From positions 320,001 to 384,000 of the forward strand of contig JBOEGF010000018.1 of assembly GCA_050633305.1 (NCBI GenBank): 64,000 bases of DNA, written 5' to 3'. Each line of letters begins with the position of its first letter. Position 1 is the stretch's first letter. Of the stretch, positions 8,993 to 17,959 are shown piece by piece. The notes below the pieces were generated by a model. That model worked only from the letters and a program-made list of their open reading frames with translations. It searched no databases and was not told where the DNA came from. The position numbers and the translations under genes were made by a program. The DNA comes from Nannocystales bacterium. GTDB taxonomy: Bacteria; Myxococcota_A; Polyangia; Nannocystales; Nannocystaceae.

Positions 8993-10486
8993 TCAACTCG
9001 GCGGGGCTCGGAGCTCACACTGGCGCAGCACCTCGAAGCGATCCCACGCAGGTCCCCCCTGTGCCGCCAAACGTGCCGCTCGGCGGCGGTATTCGAGCGC
9101 GCGCGCCAGTCTCTCGTAGGGCGCAGCGTTTGCGCGAAGGTCGAACACATCGCCCGAGATTCGGTCGACCTCGTCGCGTGCCGCACCATATGCGGCGTAG
9201 CTCGCGGCCGATGCGAAATGCTCGCGTATCGCGTCGATGTTGCCGGCGAGCATGGTGTTGAATTGTGGGTGCCAGGGATCGTCGAGCACGGGCCAGCGCG
9301 CAAGAATTTCGCCGGCTGCCCTTCGATAGGCCTGGTCTTCGAGTTGCTGTGCGCGGGTCAACGCCTCGGTCTTGGCCTCGATCTTCGCCTCCACGTCCCG
9401 CAGGTGGAGTCGTGCCCGTTCGAGGCCATCGACCAAGCCCGTCTTCCGACCCAGCGCCGCGATGACGGCGTTCTCCTCGGGGAGCACCACCGGGGTTCGC
9501 GGTGCCCCGGGGCCAGGCGCCACTGCCTCGAGCCATCGCTCGGACACGCTGGTCGGCACGTCGAAGGCCTCGCTGTGAATCCGGACGTAGGCGTGGGCTT
9601 CGCGCGCTGCGATCGTTCCATCGCCGTCGAAGTCGATGTCTTGTGACGCCAGCTTGGTGCCGTCTCGCGACTCTCCCGCGAGGGCGTGCAAGAAGTGCAG
9701 GCCGAACCCCTCTTGGGCGGCGCGGTTCGGGTTGGGGTCGCATCCCGAGGCTTCGAGGTCGTGAGGCGCCGCGAACAACCCGCAGACCTCGCCTGGGAAC
9801 GCACCGCCTTGCGCGTTGGCGTCGGCGAACGCAAGCTCGGCGAGACCGCCGGAGAAGCACGTCGTCGCGATGATCTGAACCGGGCGCGGGGTGTCTCGGA
9901 GCAACGCCGCAAGCTCGACCGCCGTCAGCTGGCTTTGGCCCCACAGGCCTACCGCGTTCTCGGCATCGGTCGGGCCGCGGTGTCCGTGTCCCCCCAGGTA
10001 GAGCAGGAGCGGAGCCCCAGGCTTGCTTACCGCAGTCTCGAGTGCGGCCGAGACGCTCTGCGCGGTGGCCGGGCCATCGACGTCGAGCGTGGGTTCTCGG
10101 TACGTCGAGTCCCGCCCGCCCCGGGGTGCGAACAAGTCCGCCAACAGGGAGGCGGGGTCGGAGCGAGGAGGGGCGTCCGAGAGGACCTGAACCACCGGCG
10201 CACCCGCGCCTGCCGCAAAGAGCAGGGTCCCGTGCTCGCCGAACGTCTCACGCGCTAGGGCGAGGTCTTGCTCGAGCGACACTTGGTTGAGCTCAGGAAC
10301 TTGTCCTCCCGCGGCCGCGATCCAGCGGACGTCCGCGCGAGGTGGTGTGGTTGCCAGAGGCTCGGGCGGGGCGAGCTGCGGTACGACCGGCTCAGGCGCT
10401 GCGGCTCCGGAGCGACTGAGGATCGCTGCGCCGGTCAGGCAGAGGCCCCCGAGGCCGACCCATGCCAACTTGGAGGCGAGACGCAC
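8993..10486 (-). CDS. Exported clan CD (caspase/legumain-like) cysteine peptidase
   Basis: N-terminal signal; LLLYLGGHG and IIATTCFSGG His/Cys dyad; DFDGDG Ca-binding-like loop. Confidence 0.7.
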   Translation of the reverse strand: MRLASKLAWVGLGGLCLTGAAILSRSGAAAPEPVVPQLAPPEPLATTPPRADVRWIAAAGGQVPELNQVSLEQDLALARETFGEHGTLLFAAGAGAPVVQVLSDAPPRSDPASLLADLFAPRGGRDSTYREPTLDVDGPATAQSVSAALETAVSKPGAPLLLYLGGHGHRGPTDAENAVGLWGQSQLTAVELAALLRDTPRPVQIIATTCFSGGLAELAFADANAQGGAFPGEVCGLFAAPHDLEASGCDPNPNRAAQEGFGLHFLHALAGESRDGTKLASQDIDFDGDGTIAAREAHAYVRIHSEAFDVPTSVSERWLEAVAPGPGAPRTPVVLPEENAVIAALGRKTGLVDGLERARLHLRDVEAKIEAKTEALTRAQQLEDQAYRRAAGEILARWPVLDDPWHPQFNTMLAGNIDAIREHFASAASYAAYGAARDEVDRISGDVFDLRANAAPYERLARALEYRRRAARLAAQGGPAWDRFEVLRQCELRAPPS

Positions 10487-10528
10487 CCTCGAACTCTTCC
10501 ACAGAAGCCGAGGCCAGGCTACCGGCCG

Positions 10529-11386
10529 CTATTGGCATGCGCCCTGTTCGGGCTCCAGCTGGTCGATGTACAGCCCCTCGCCCGTCACGGTCCCGGTGAG
10601 CCACTGCTCGCCCTCGTCCTCGAAGGGCAGTACGATGAACATCCGGTCCTGGACCACTCGGTAGACGCCGAGTCGGACCGCGTAGAGGGTGTCGGGAACG
10701 GCGGGGAGCTCGGTCCACCGCCGACGCCGGACGTAGCCACCGGGACTGAAGTGGAATTGGTTGTTCTCCCACGAGGTTTCGGGGATGTACTTGATCGTCG
10801 GGCAGTCGACGACGTCCGTCTCGCCCGCCGCGCCGTGGTCGAGGGAATACGCGCCGCACTGCAAGCTGGGCGTCTCGAAGTAGACCAAGGCATCGAGCGC
10901 CACGGCAGCGTCGACGGCACCCTCAGTGAATCCAAGTTCCGGGAACGACAGGGTGAGCGAACCACCTGTGGTGTCGTAGGTCCCCACGCTGGTCGTCTCG
11001 TCTTCGAAGCGAACCGTCACACCGTCCGGGTCGAAGAAGAGACTGAGTGACGTGTCCTCAGCGTCGTAGCAGATGAAGGCCATCCCGGAGAGAGCGCCGA
11101 GCGCGGACAGAGGGTCGTCGTCGAACGGCGTGTCGTCTGCGGGGTCGACAGGGTCGTCGGGGCCGTCGCTGTCTGCAGGGGCACCGCCACTCGAGGCGTC
11201 GTCCTCGTCGTCGGGTGTCGGGCTGTCGTCCGTCCCGGCCATATCGTCGTCGCCCGTCTCGGTCTCCGTGTCGCCTTCGACTCCGGGCATCTCCGAGTCA
11301 CAGCCTGCGACACTCGAAGCGCCGAGCGTCGTGGCGAAGATGGCGCAGAGTCGGGAGCGGAGCGTCTTGGCGGCCTTGGTGGTCAT
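10529..11386 (-). CDS. Hypothetical lipoprotein with Asp-rich linker
   Basis: Lipobox SVAGC; acidic low-complexity linker then a beta-rich domain. Confidence 0.75.
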   Translation of the reverse strand: MTTKAAKTLRSRLCAIFATTLGASSVAGCDSEMPGVEGDTETETGDDDMAGTDDSPTPDDEDDASSGGAPADSDGPDDPVDPADDTPFDDDPLSALGALSGMAFICYDAEDTSLSLFFDPDGVTVRFEDETTSVGTYDTTGGSLTLSFPELGFTEGAVDAAVALDALVYFETPSLQCGAYSLDHGAAGETDVVDCPTIKYIPETSWENNQFHFSPGGYVRRRRWTELPAVPDTLYAVRLGVYRVVQDRMFIVLPFEDEGEQWLTGTVTGEGLYIDQLEPEQGACQ

Positions 11387-11435
11387 CGTGGGTCTCTGCA
11401 CGGTTCGTTGTGCGAGTCCGCGATCCGCTCCCGAT

Positions 11436-11471
11436 TTTTTCTGACTCGATGACTTTGACGCGGCTACCGCT
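11436..11471. repeat. Direct repeat copy 1 (att-like), duplicate of the a2m 3' end
   Basis: 32/36 identity to 19737-19772; exact 22-mer actcgatgactttgacgcggct at 11444-11465. Confidence 0.85.
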
Positions 11472-11666
11472 CGCGCCGAGGGCTGCCAGTTGGGAACGCT
11501 GCCCGCCGAAGAGACGCAACAGCGGTGAATCCGCCCCTCGGAGATGTCTTCAGCGGCGCCTGGATCTTGGGGGCCTTGCCTCGGCGGTCCCGCCGTCGCG
11601 GGTGTGCCCGGCGGAAGCTGCGGACGGGCACCTCACGGGTCGCGACCGCTCGACGCTCCTCCGCGC

Positions 11667-12605
11667 TCAATCCTCGATGCGTTCGAGAATGAAGTCGGTG
11701 ACCTCGTCGGGGTTTACCTCCGGCAACCAGTGCCCCTGTCCCGCCATGACTTCGAGCTGGTAGGGCCCGCTCATGTGGTTCTCGGTATCGACGATCGAGT
11801 CCACGCAGGTGAACTCGTCCTCGTCACCCCACACCAACGTCGTCGGTGTGGAGATCGTGCCGAGCGGAGGCGAAGGCTCGGGTAGGGTGAAGGCTGCCCG
11901 GTACCACTTGAGTGCGGCGCCGAGCGCTTCGGGATTCCCGACGACGGCGAGATGTGCTTCGACCTGTGCGGGGTCGAGTTCCGCGTAGGCGTCGCGCAAG
12001 ATCGCGGCGTCGTCGGCGAGCATGACCTCTTCGTATCCTGGGCTGAGGAACGGGAAGATGTAGGTGCCGACCTGCGACTGGCAGGATTCGGGATCGGAGA
12101 ACGCGGCGACGTAGGCGTCGGTGTGCGAGACCGAGATCACGGTCAACGATTCGACCCGCTCCGGCGCCAACCCTGCCACGCGCCAAGCGACCGCCGCTCC
12201 CCAATCGTGACCCACCACGTGGAAGCTCTCGGCACCCATGGCGTCGGCGACCGCGATCGCATCGCCAGCCAGGTTCACGGTCGTGTACGCCTCGACCTCC
12301 TCAGGCCGTGCGCCCGGCGAGTAGCCGCGCTGGTTGAAGGCGACAGCGCGGTAGCCTCGGTCGCCGAGCTCTCTCAGCTGGTCTTCCCACTCGACCGCGC
12401 TCTCGGGAAAGCCGTGCAGCAACAGGACGAACTCGCCGTCTTCAGGGCCGGCAACGTAGGCGTCGAAGACGAAGTCGCCGACCTCGATTTGGGTTTCTTC
12501 AATCTTGTCGCAACCGACGGTGGCAAAAGCCAAGGTCGCGGTGAACGAGAATTGCAAAAGTCGGCCCAAAGGCGCGAATGTTCGTAGTTGGATCTTATTC
12601 ATCAT
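11667..12605 (-). CDS. Alpha/beta hydrolase (epoxide hydrolase-like) lipoprotein
   Basis: LLHGFPES, nucleophile VGHDWGA, GHWLPE; lipobox TVGC. Confidence 0.9.
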   Translation of the reverse strand: MMNKIQLRTFAPLGRLLQFSFTATLAFATVGCDKIEETQIEVGDFVFDAYVAGPEDGEFVLLLHGFPESAVEWEDQLRELGDRGYRAVAFNQRGYSPGARPEEVEAYTTVNLAGDAIAVADAMGAESFHVVGHDWGAAVAWRVAGLAPERVESLTVISVSHTDAYVAAFSDPESCQSQVGTYIFPFLSPGYEEVMLADDAAILRDAYAELDPAQVEAHLAVVGNPEALGAALKWYRAAFTLPEPSPPLGTISTPTTLVWGDEDEFTCVDSIVDTENHMSGPYQLEVMAGQGHWLPEVNPDEVTDFILERIED

Positions 12606-13044
12606 ACCGTCTGTCCTCTCCGTCGGCGTCCTCGCATTGGGAGCCGCGGTTTGTGCGGACTCGGCAAACTCTCTCTTGCCGAATTGCGGCGAAGCCTGTC
12701 ACGCGCGCATCGACGCATCAAAGACGAAAAGCGAGACGTGCATTCTCGAAATTGCGTCTCGTCGGACGGCCGGCGACCTCGCTCGCCTTGCGAATTATCA
12801 CCCGCTTCGCGCATGCCCGACCGCGCCTTCGGTCTGCATCTGCACGCCGCCATCACGCCGCGTCTTTCGTATCGACATTTCCGTGGGCGCCCTCCGTGTC
12901 GGGCCCATGCGGGTCACTCTCTTCGTCACCAAGCCCGAGCTTCGGGGCCTGCGCCCAGACAACTCCCGCTGTTCTTGGCCCTCGGTCCGAGCCGGCGCGC
13001 CTGGGTTCTTGGGCCCCGCGTCTCCGCGCCGCCCATCGGTCCGA

Positions 13045-13060
13045 TGCTTTCCCTGTGCCA
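13045..13060 (-). promoter_or_regulatory. Possible sigma-54 -24/-12 promoter
   Basis: Minus strand TGGCACAGGGAAAGCA (GG-N10-GC), pointing to the hydrolase gene. Confidence 0.35.
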
Positions 13061-13237
13061 GGCTCTGCCCCCATTGTCGGCTGGGCGGCTGGCCGGGTTC
13101 TGCCGGTTGTCGCGGCGGACGATCGAGCGTATCGCTGGGGTCGCCCGTTCCGCGGACACAGGGGAACGAGACCGTCCCAAGGGCCGAGAACCGCGCGCAC
13201 TCGATACATTCGCACGGCTCCGCCCGTTCCCGCGGCG

Positions 13238-14128
13238 ATGAACGCGTCGCGCCGCTTCCTTCTGCTCGGTCTCCTGGGCCTCGCGTCGGCTTGCCAGGCC
13301 GCCGTGGACGCGGGCGAAGCCGCGACCAGCGGCGACGTCGAGGCCAGCTCTTCATCCGGGAGCCTCTCCTCCGACTCAGGCTCGGGCGATCCATCGACGA
13401 CGAGCACGACGAGCACCCCCAGCGAGGATGTGAGCGCCGGGAGCAGTGTGTCGTCCGGTGTCGACGATTCGGGCTCGTCCTCGTCGACCGGAGCGGCGAA
13501 CACCTGCGGGTCCCCGCCCGTCGATCCGCACGACCTGCTGCAGATCACCGACGCTCCGATGCGCGGCAATCCCGATGGACTGGTCACGCTCGTGTTGTGG
13601 ACCTCCTACCGTTGCTCCTACTGTCGCGAGTTCGAGGCAACGCTCGATATGCTGCTCGACGGCCCCGTCGGCGACGAAGTCCGCATCGTGGTCAAGCCGA
13701 TCCCGTTCTCCGAGGAGAACGACCCCGACGGCCGACTGGCACGGGCGGGTTACGCCGCTCACCAACTCGGCGACTATTGGGCCTTCCATGCCGCGATGCT
13801 TGCGGCCGAAGGCGATCTGCTCGACGAGGTGTTTCTCGACACCGTCATCGCCGACGTCGGATTTGATGTCGAGGCTTTCCGCGAGGCGATGGGCAGCGAC
13901 GCGGCCTACGAACGCGTCGCCACCGATGTCGCCTTGATCAGCGACATCGCGCTCGGGGTGCCCACGTCGGTGATCAATGGGTGGTGGGTGCTCGGCGCAA
14001 TCGGGCCCATTGAACTTCAGCTCGGGGTGGAACCGCAGCTCGAGGCCATGCAGGCGCTGATCGACACGGGCATGACTCCCTGCGCGGCGCTCGGGCAGCG
14101 CATCGACGAGCAGTTCCCACCTCGCTAG
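13238..14128 (+). CDS. DsbA/thioredoxin-fold lipoprotein
   Basis: Lipobox LASAC; Ser-rich linker; CSYC active site; GVPT cis-Pro loop. Confidence 0.85.
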   Translation: MNASRRFLLLGLLGLASACQAAVDAGEAATSGDVEASSSSGSLSSDSGSGDPSTTSTTSTPSEDVSAGSSVSSGVDDSGSSSSTGAANTCGSPPVDPHDLLQITDAPMRGNPDGLVTLVLWTSYRCSYCREFEATLDMLLDGPVGDEVRIVVKPIPFSEENDPDGRLARAGYAAHQLGDYWAFHAAMLAAEGDLLDEVFLDTVIADVGFDVEAFREAMGSDAAYERVATDVALISDIALGVPTSVINGWWVLGAIGPIELQLGVEPQLEAMQALIDTGMTPCAALGQRIDEQFPPR

Positions 14129-14343
14129 GTCTTCGCGATTCCCCGTCTGACCAGCGGGTCGATGGCGGAGCTGAGTCGCAGAAAAGAACGACGCTCGCTG
14201 CACCGACGCGTGCCCATGACGACCTCGCCGGCCTGAATGAACCGCGGGCGAGTCGTGGGGACGGTCCCCGCCTGCTCCTGCCGAATGCGTGCAGGAAGAA
14301 GGCGGCGTTGAGGCAAGACGAGTTCGGGGGCGCACCGTCTGTC

Positions 14344-14506
14344 GGGCAGAGCAAGGAATCAACCGTGTCCGGTTGATTGAAGAAACCGCCTGATTCCGGT
14401 CAGTCTGGCTGAACGCGGACGAACCCGTGCCCGAGTCGAAGCCGCTCTCGCTGCTTCTCCTTCGGGGACAGATCGAGGTTCCGGCCGCTACATCCTTGCT
14501 CTGCCC
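14344..14506. mobile_element. 163-bp element with perfect 14-bp terminal inverted repeats (MITE-like or structured RNA)
   Basis: gggcagagcaagga ... tccttgctctgccc; internal 9-bp hairpin 14357-14378; no target-site duplication seen. Confidence 0.55.
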
Positions 14507-14866
14507 CAATCCTCCGGAGGCCGTGCTCTAGAGGGATTTTCGACCTCTTTTCCGATCCGGCGCAAGTGCCCAAGTCGTGTGCATCAACCGTAGGAAGCTG
14601 CGTGATCGGGCCGGGCAAAGAGCGCCGGCAACGTACGGACCTCGCGCTCGACGCGCTCCAGCAAGCCTCTCCACGACCGTCGCCCCATCGAGCCGCTCAT
14701 CCAACACAGCGATCGCGGGTCGCAGTAGGTGGTGTCTGACTCTCGTCCAATACAGAACGCGATCGACACCGCCGAGGACCCGTAAACTGGCTGACGTATT
14801 CGGCGATTCGACGGGTTGGCGTGAAGGGCATAACCGCGCTAACCCATGCAAGTCGAAGAGGCTTGT

Positions 14867-15994
14867 GTGCGTAGTCTGGTTTGCCCGCTGTTGATCGTGT
14901 CGGCGTGTTACGTCGGCGTGGAGACCGACGCCCAAGGGGTCGTGAGCGGGCTTCCCGAGGGGTCGTCGACGGGTCGCCACACGGGTGGGCGCGCAACGGA
15001 GGCTGGTGGGGCGAGCGGCGCAAGCGGTAGGGTCGATGAGGACCCAACGGAAAGCTCTGGCGAAACGGGCGACCCGACCGTCGACGACGAGAGTGACGGT
15101 AGCTCCAGCGCGAGCATCGACGGTGAAGGGACGGGCAGCGAAAGCAGCTCGGGCGGAGGCCAGGCGAGCATGTGCCCTGAGGGGATGCTCGACGTTCCGC
15201 TGTTCGCACTCGATCCTCAGGAGACCGGCGTCGCGATCTCGGACGGCTACGTGCACTTGTACGCCGAACCCACCGGGCCTGCGCGCGGCGAGCTGTTCGT
15301 GTTCCTGCCGGGGTCGAACGCGCCGCCGGGTTGGTACGAGCTGATCCTCCAGCTCGCGGCAGCAGGCGGCTACCACGTGCTCGGGCTCGCCTATCGCAAC
15401 GAGGTGAACCTCAGCGACGCGTGTGGCGGCGGTGGCCCCGAGGGCTGCCAGTACAACGCGCGTCGCGAGGTGATCTACGGCGCGAACATGAGTGGGCTCG
15501 TCTCGGTGACGCCCCCCGACTCGATTCACAACCGCCTCGTTCGCGCGCTGCAGTACTTGGAGTGGGACGAGTACCTGCAAGGCGAGGTGCCGCGCTGGTC
15601 GTCGATCGCCTTCGCCGGACACTCGCAGGGTGGGGGGCATGTCGGCGTCCTCGCGCAAGACCATGACGTGGCTCGGGCCGTCTTGGTCTCGGGCACGGAG
15701 TCGGCGGACTGGACCGAGCAGCCGATGGCGACCCCGAGCGACCGGTTGTTCGGGTTTGTGCACGTCGAGGATGGCAACTACGGCGCGATGACCAACTCGT
15801 GGTCGAACCTCGGCATCCCCGGACCGCCGACCAGCGTCGATAGCGTGGACCCGCCGTACGCATCGCACCAGCTGACCACGGCGTTGCCGTCGAGCAATCC
15901 CCACGCTTCGCCCGCCGCTGACGAAGACACCCCACTGGGCGTCGACGACCTGCCCGTCTATCTACCCGTCTGGTGCGCAGCGCTCGGGCTGTGA
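14867..15994 (+). CDS. Alpha/beta-hydrolase-fold lipoprotein
   Basis: Lipobox IVSAC; LFVFLPGS; nucleophile elbow AGHSQGGG. Confidence 0.8.
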   Translation: MRSLVCPLLIVSACYVGVETDAQGVVSGLPEGSSTGRHTGGRATEAGGASGASGRVDEDPTESSGETGDPTVDDESDGSSSASIDGEGTGSESSSGGGQASMCPEGMLDVPLFALDPQETGVAISDGYVHLYAEPTGPARGELFVFLPGSNAPPGWYELILQLAAAGGYHVLGLAYRNEVNLSDACGGGGPEGCQYNARREVIYGANMSGLVSVTPPDSIHNRLVRALQYLEWDEYLQGEVPRWSSIAFAGHSQGGGHVGVLAQDHDVARAVLVSGTESADWTEQPMATPSDRLFGFVHVEDGNYGAMTNSWSNLGIPGPPTSVDSVDPPYASHQLTTALPSSNPHASPAADEDTPLGVDDLPVYLPVWCAALGL

Positions 15995-16046
15995 CGACTG
16001 GTCGTACAAGAGACTGACCCGGGGCCGAGTGGTTCTGATGCTGAAG

Positions 16047-16364
16047 CTACGGGACGTTCGCCTCTAACTCTCGCTCCCAGTGGCCATCGCGGCACCAAAG
16101 CGCCGAGCTGTGGCCACCTGGCTCACCCCAAGACTCGACGCAAAAACCCGCAGAGGGCTGGCACGGGTCGCCCTCGTCTGGAAGGGGATCGCAGGGGTCG
16201 ACGGTGGTGTGGATGTCCTCAGCCGGAGGCTCAGCACGTGTGTCTTGCGTGACCTCGGCCGGGACTGCCAAGTCCGCCGCCCGCTTCGCCCCGGAGGCAG
16301 TACCGCCACAGCCCACCAGCGCAACTGCGGTCAGACAAAGCCCAACTATGGATCTGTGACGCAT
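16047..16364 (-). CDS. Small Cys-containing lipoprotein
   Basis: Lipobox ALVGC; C-terminal domain with four Cys. Confidence 0.65.
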   Translation of the reverse strand: MRHRSIVGLCLTAVALVGCGGTASGAKRAADLAVPAEVTQDTRAEPPAEDIHTTVDPCDPLPDEGDPCQPSAGFCVESWGEPGGHSSALWCRDGHWERELEANVP

Positions 16365-16491
16365 CTTGGACCCAAGCGAACCTATCACGCTGCGCAGGTG
16401 GCAGAGCCGCCGCTGCTCTCAGGTGATAGCGACACGACCGGCCCGCAGCTGGCGAGCAAGACGATCGCGATGCAGGGGTTGCATGACAAAC

Positions 16492-16634
16492 TCCGAGTCC
16501 CAGGCAAGCTGCCACGGCCGCATATGCCTATCCGTGCGGAACTCGTTGACGCTCCCGACCGGTCGTTGTCGTACGGGACCCCGTGGTCCTGCCACGCCGA
16601 AGACGGAGCGCCCGCCCAGAACCTGAGACTCGGA
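16492..16634. repeat. 143-bp element bounded by 13-bp imperfect inverted repeats
   Basis: tccgagtcccagg / cctgagactcgga, 12 of 13 complementary. Confidence 0.45.
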
Positions 16635-16675
16635 TTCGCCTGGTACTGGGGCCATGGTTGCCGTATTGCAGAGGC

Positions 16676-17497
16676 GTGTCGTTTGGGATCGCCTTCGAGG
16701 GATGCGCGTGCAAGGGCGCGTTTCACGTCGGCGTGGCGGAGTGGATGCACGACTACGGCTACGAGCCCGACGCGGTGGCTGGAGCGAGCTCAGGCTCGGT
16801 GATCGCGGCCTTGGTGGCCCTGGGCGAGGTCAAGGCGCTGGCCGAACTGTGGATGGCGGTCGGCGGTACGGCGGTGTTTCAGCCGAAGCGGATGCTCGCC
16901 GGACGTTGGCCATTTGTGATGAGCGAGGTTGTCGGGGCTCCGCTTCGCCTCAAGCTCGGCGCAATGGCGTTGGCGGATGTCCCCAAGCCGCTGGCGATCA
17001 CTGTCACCGTGCTTCGCCGACGTGGACTGACGCGACGCATCCTCAGCCAGCCAGACCACCTCCCGCTGGTCGACGCGGTGCTTGCGTCGTGTTTCTTCCC
17101 CGGCCCCTACTCGCGAATGGTGCCGGTCGATGGTCGGCCGGCCATCGACGGTGCGTGGCATGTCCGGACACCCGTCGACACGCTGGAGCTGCTGGGGGCG
17201 AACAAGTTGATCGGCTGCGTCACTCGGCCGGAGGGCACACTACGCGGAGGCTTTCTGCGGGAGCGCGTCTTCGATGTCCCCGCGAGGTGCCGGATCTTGC
17301 AACCGATCGAGCCGCTTCGGCTGGATACCTGGGAGCTGAATCGCGGCCGCATCCGCGACGCGATGGCGCTGGGACGTCGAAGCGCCGAAGCGTTCTTTGA
17401 AGCGAATGATACTTGGTTACGCTCGGAGCCAACGGTCCGCCGCTCGACGACGGCGCCAACGGGGAGCTCCAATCGAAGCAACAAGTCGCGGGCTTGA
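16676..17497 (+). CDS. Patatin-like phospholipase
   Basis: EGCACKG loop, GASSG nucleophile, DGA catalytic Asp motif. Confidence 0.85.
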   Translation: MSFGIAFEGCACKGAFHVGVAEWMHDYGYEPDAVAGASSGSVIAALVALGEVKALAELWMAVGGTAVFQPKRMLAGRWPFVMSEVVGAPLRLKLGAMALADVPKPLAITVTVLRRRGLTRRILSQPDHLPLVDAVLASCFFPGPYSRMVPVDGRPAIDGAWHVRTPVDTLELLGANKLIGCVTRPEGTLRGGFLRERVFDVPARCRILQPIEPLRLDTWELNRGRIRDAMALGRRSAEAFFEANDTWLRSEPTVRRSTTAPTGSSNRSNKSRA

Positions 17498-17556
17498 AAT
17501 CACGGGGATGCTTCACGCCGCGGTCGATCGCCGCGGCTGGCCGCCACGCTGTGTCC

Positions 17557-17955
17557 TCAGGCTTGGTACACGCGCTGGGCAAGTCCCGCGATACGGGCCT
17601 CCGTGAGGCCGAGTGCCCAGCCGTCCACAAGTACCATCGTCGCGTCGGCGAAGTCGGCCTGCACCTGTACGCGCAGAGCCTCGACCGCTGTGTCCACAGT
17701 GTCTTCGGCTTGGATGGTCTCGACCACCGCCTCCAGATCGAGCTCCAGGGCGTCATCATCCGCGAAGTTCAGAGCATAGCGTTCGCCCACCAAACGGCCG
17801 GTCGCAAGCTCAGCGCCGAAGTACACCTGCATCACCCGCAGGAGGTCGAGGCTGGACCCGCCGTTGCCCGAGCCACCACCGTTGCACCCGGCCAGGCCAC
17901 TCACGACCGTGGTGGCCGAGAGACGAACAACAAAGCTTCGTCGATTCATCGGCAT
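17557..17955 (-). CDS. Small Tat-signal lipoprotein, likely GMC oxidoreductase partner subunit
   Basis: MNRRSFV twin-arginine motif, LAGC lipobox, 4 bp downstream of the GMC gene. Confidence 0.75.
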   Translation of the reverse strand: MPMNRRSFVVRLSATTVVSGLAGCNGGGSGNGGSSLDLLRVMQVYFGAELATGRLVGERYALNFADDDALELDLEAVVETIQAEDTVDTAVEALRVQVQADFADATMVLVDGWALGLTEARIAGLAQRVYQA

Positions 17956-17959
17956 CGCC

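Noticed and set aside
11436..11471. DGR template/variable repeat pair with the a2m C-terminus
   Set aside because: Only 36 bp, mismatches are not adenine-specific, and there is no reverse transcriptase.
12505..13866. 453-aa ORF and the long 5' extension of the DsbA-like ORF
   Set aside because: Arg/Pro-rich non-coding-like translation; the signal peptide and lipobox support a start at 13238.
14344..14506. Retron msr-msd
   Set aside because: No reverse transcriptase nearby and no long msd hairpin; kept only as a MITE or RNA candidate.
16382..16430. Glycine riboswitch (ctctcagg motif)
   Set aside because: Other conserved aptamer elements are missing and no glycine metabolism gene is adjacent.
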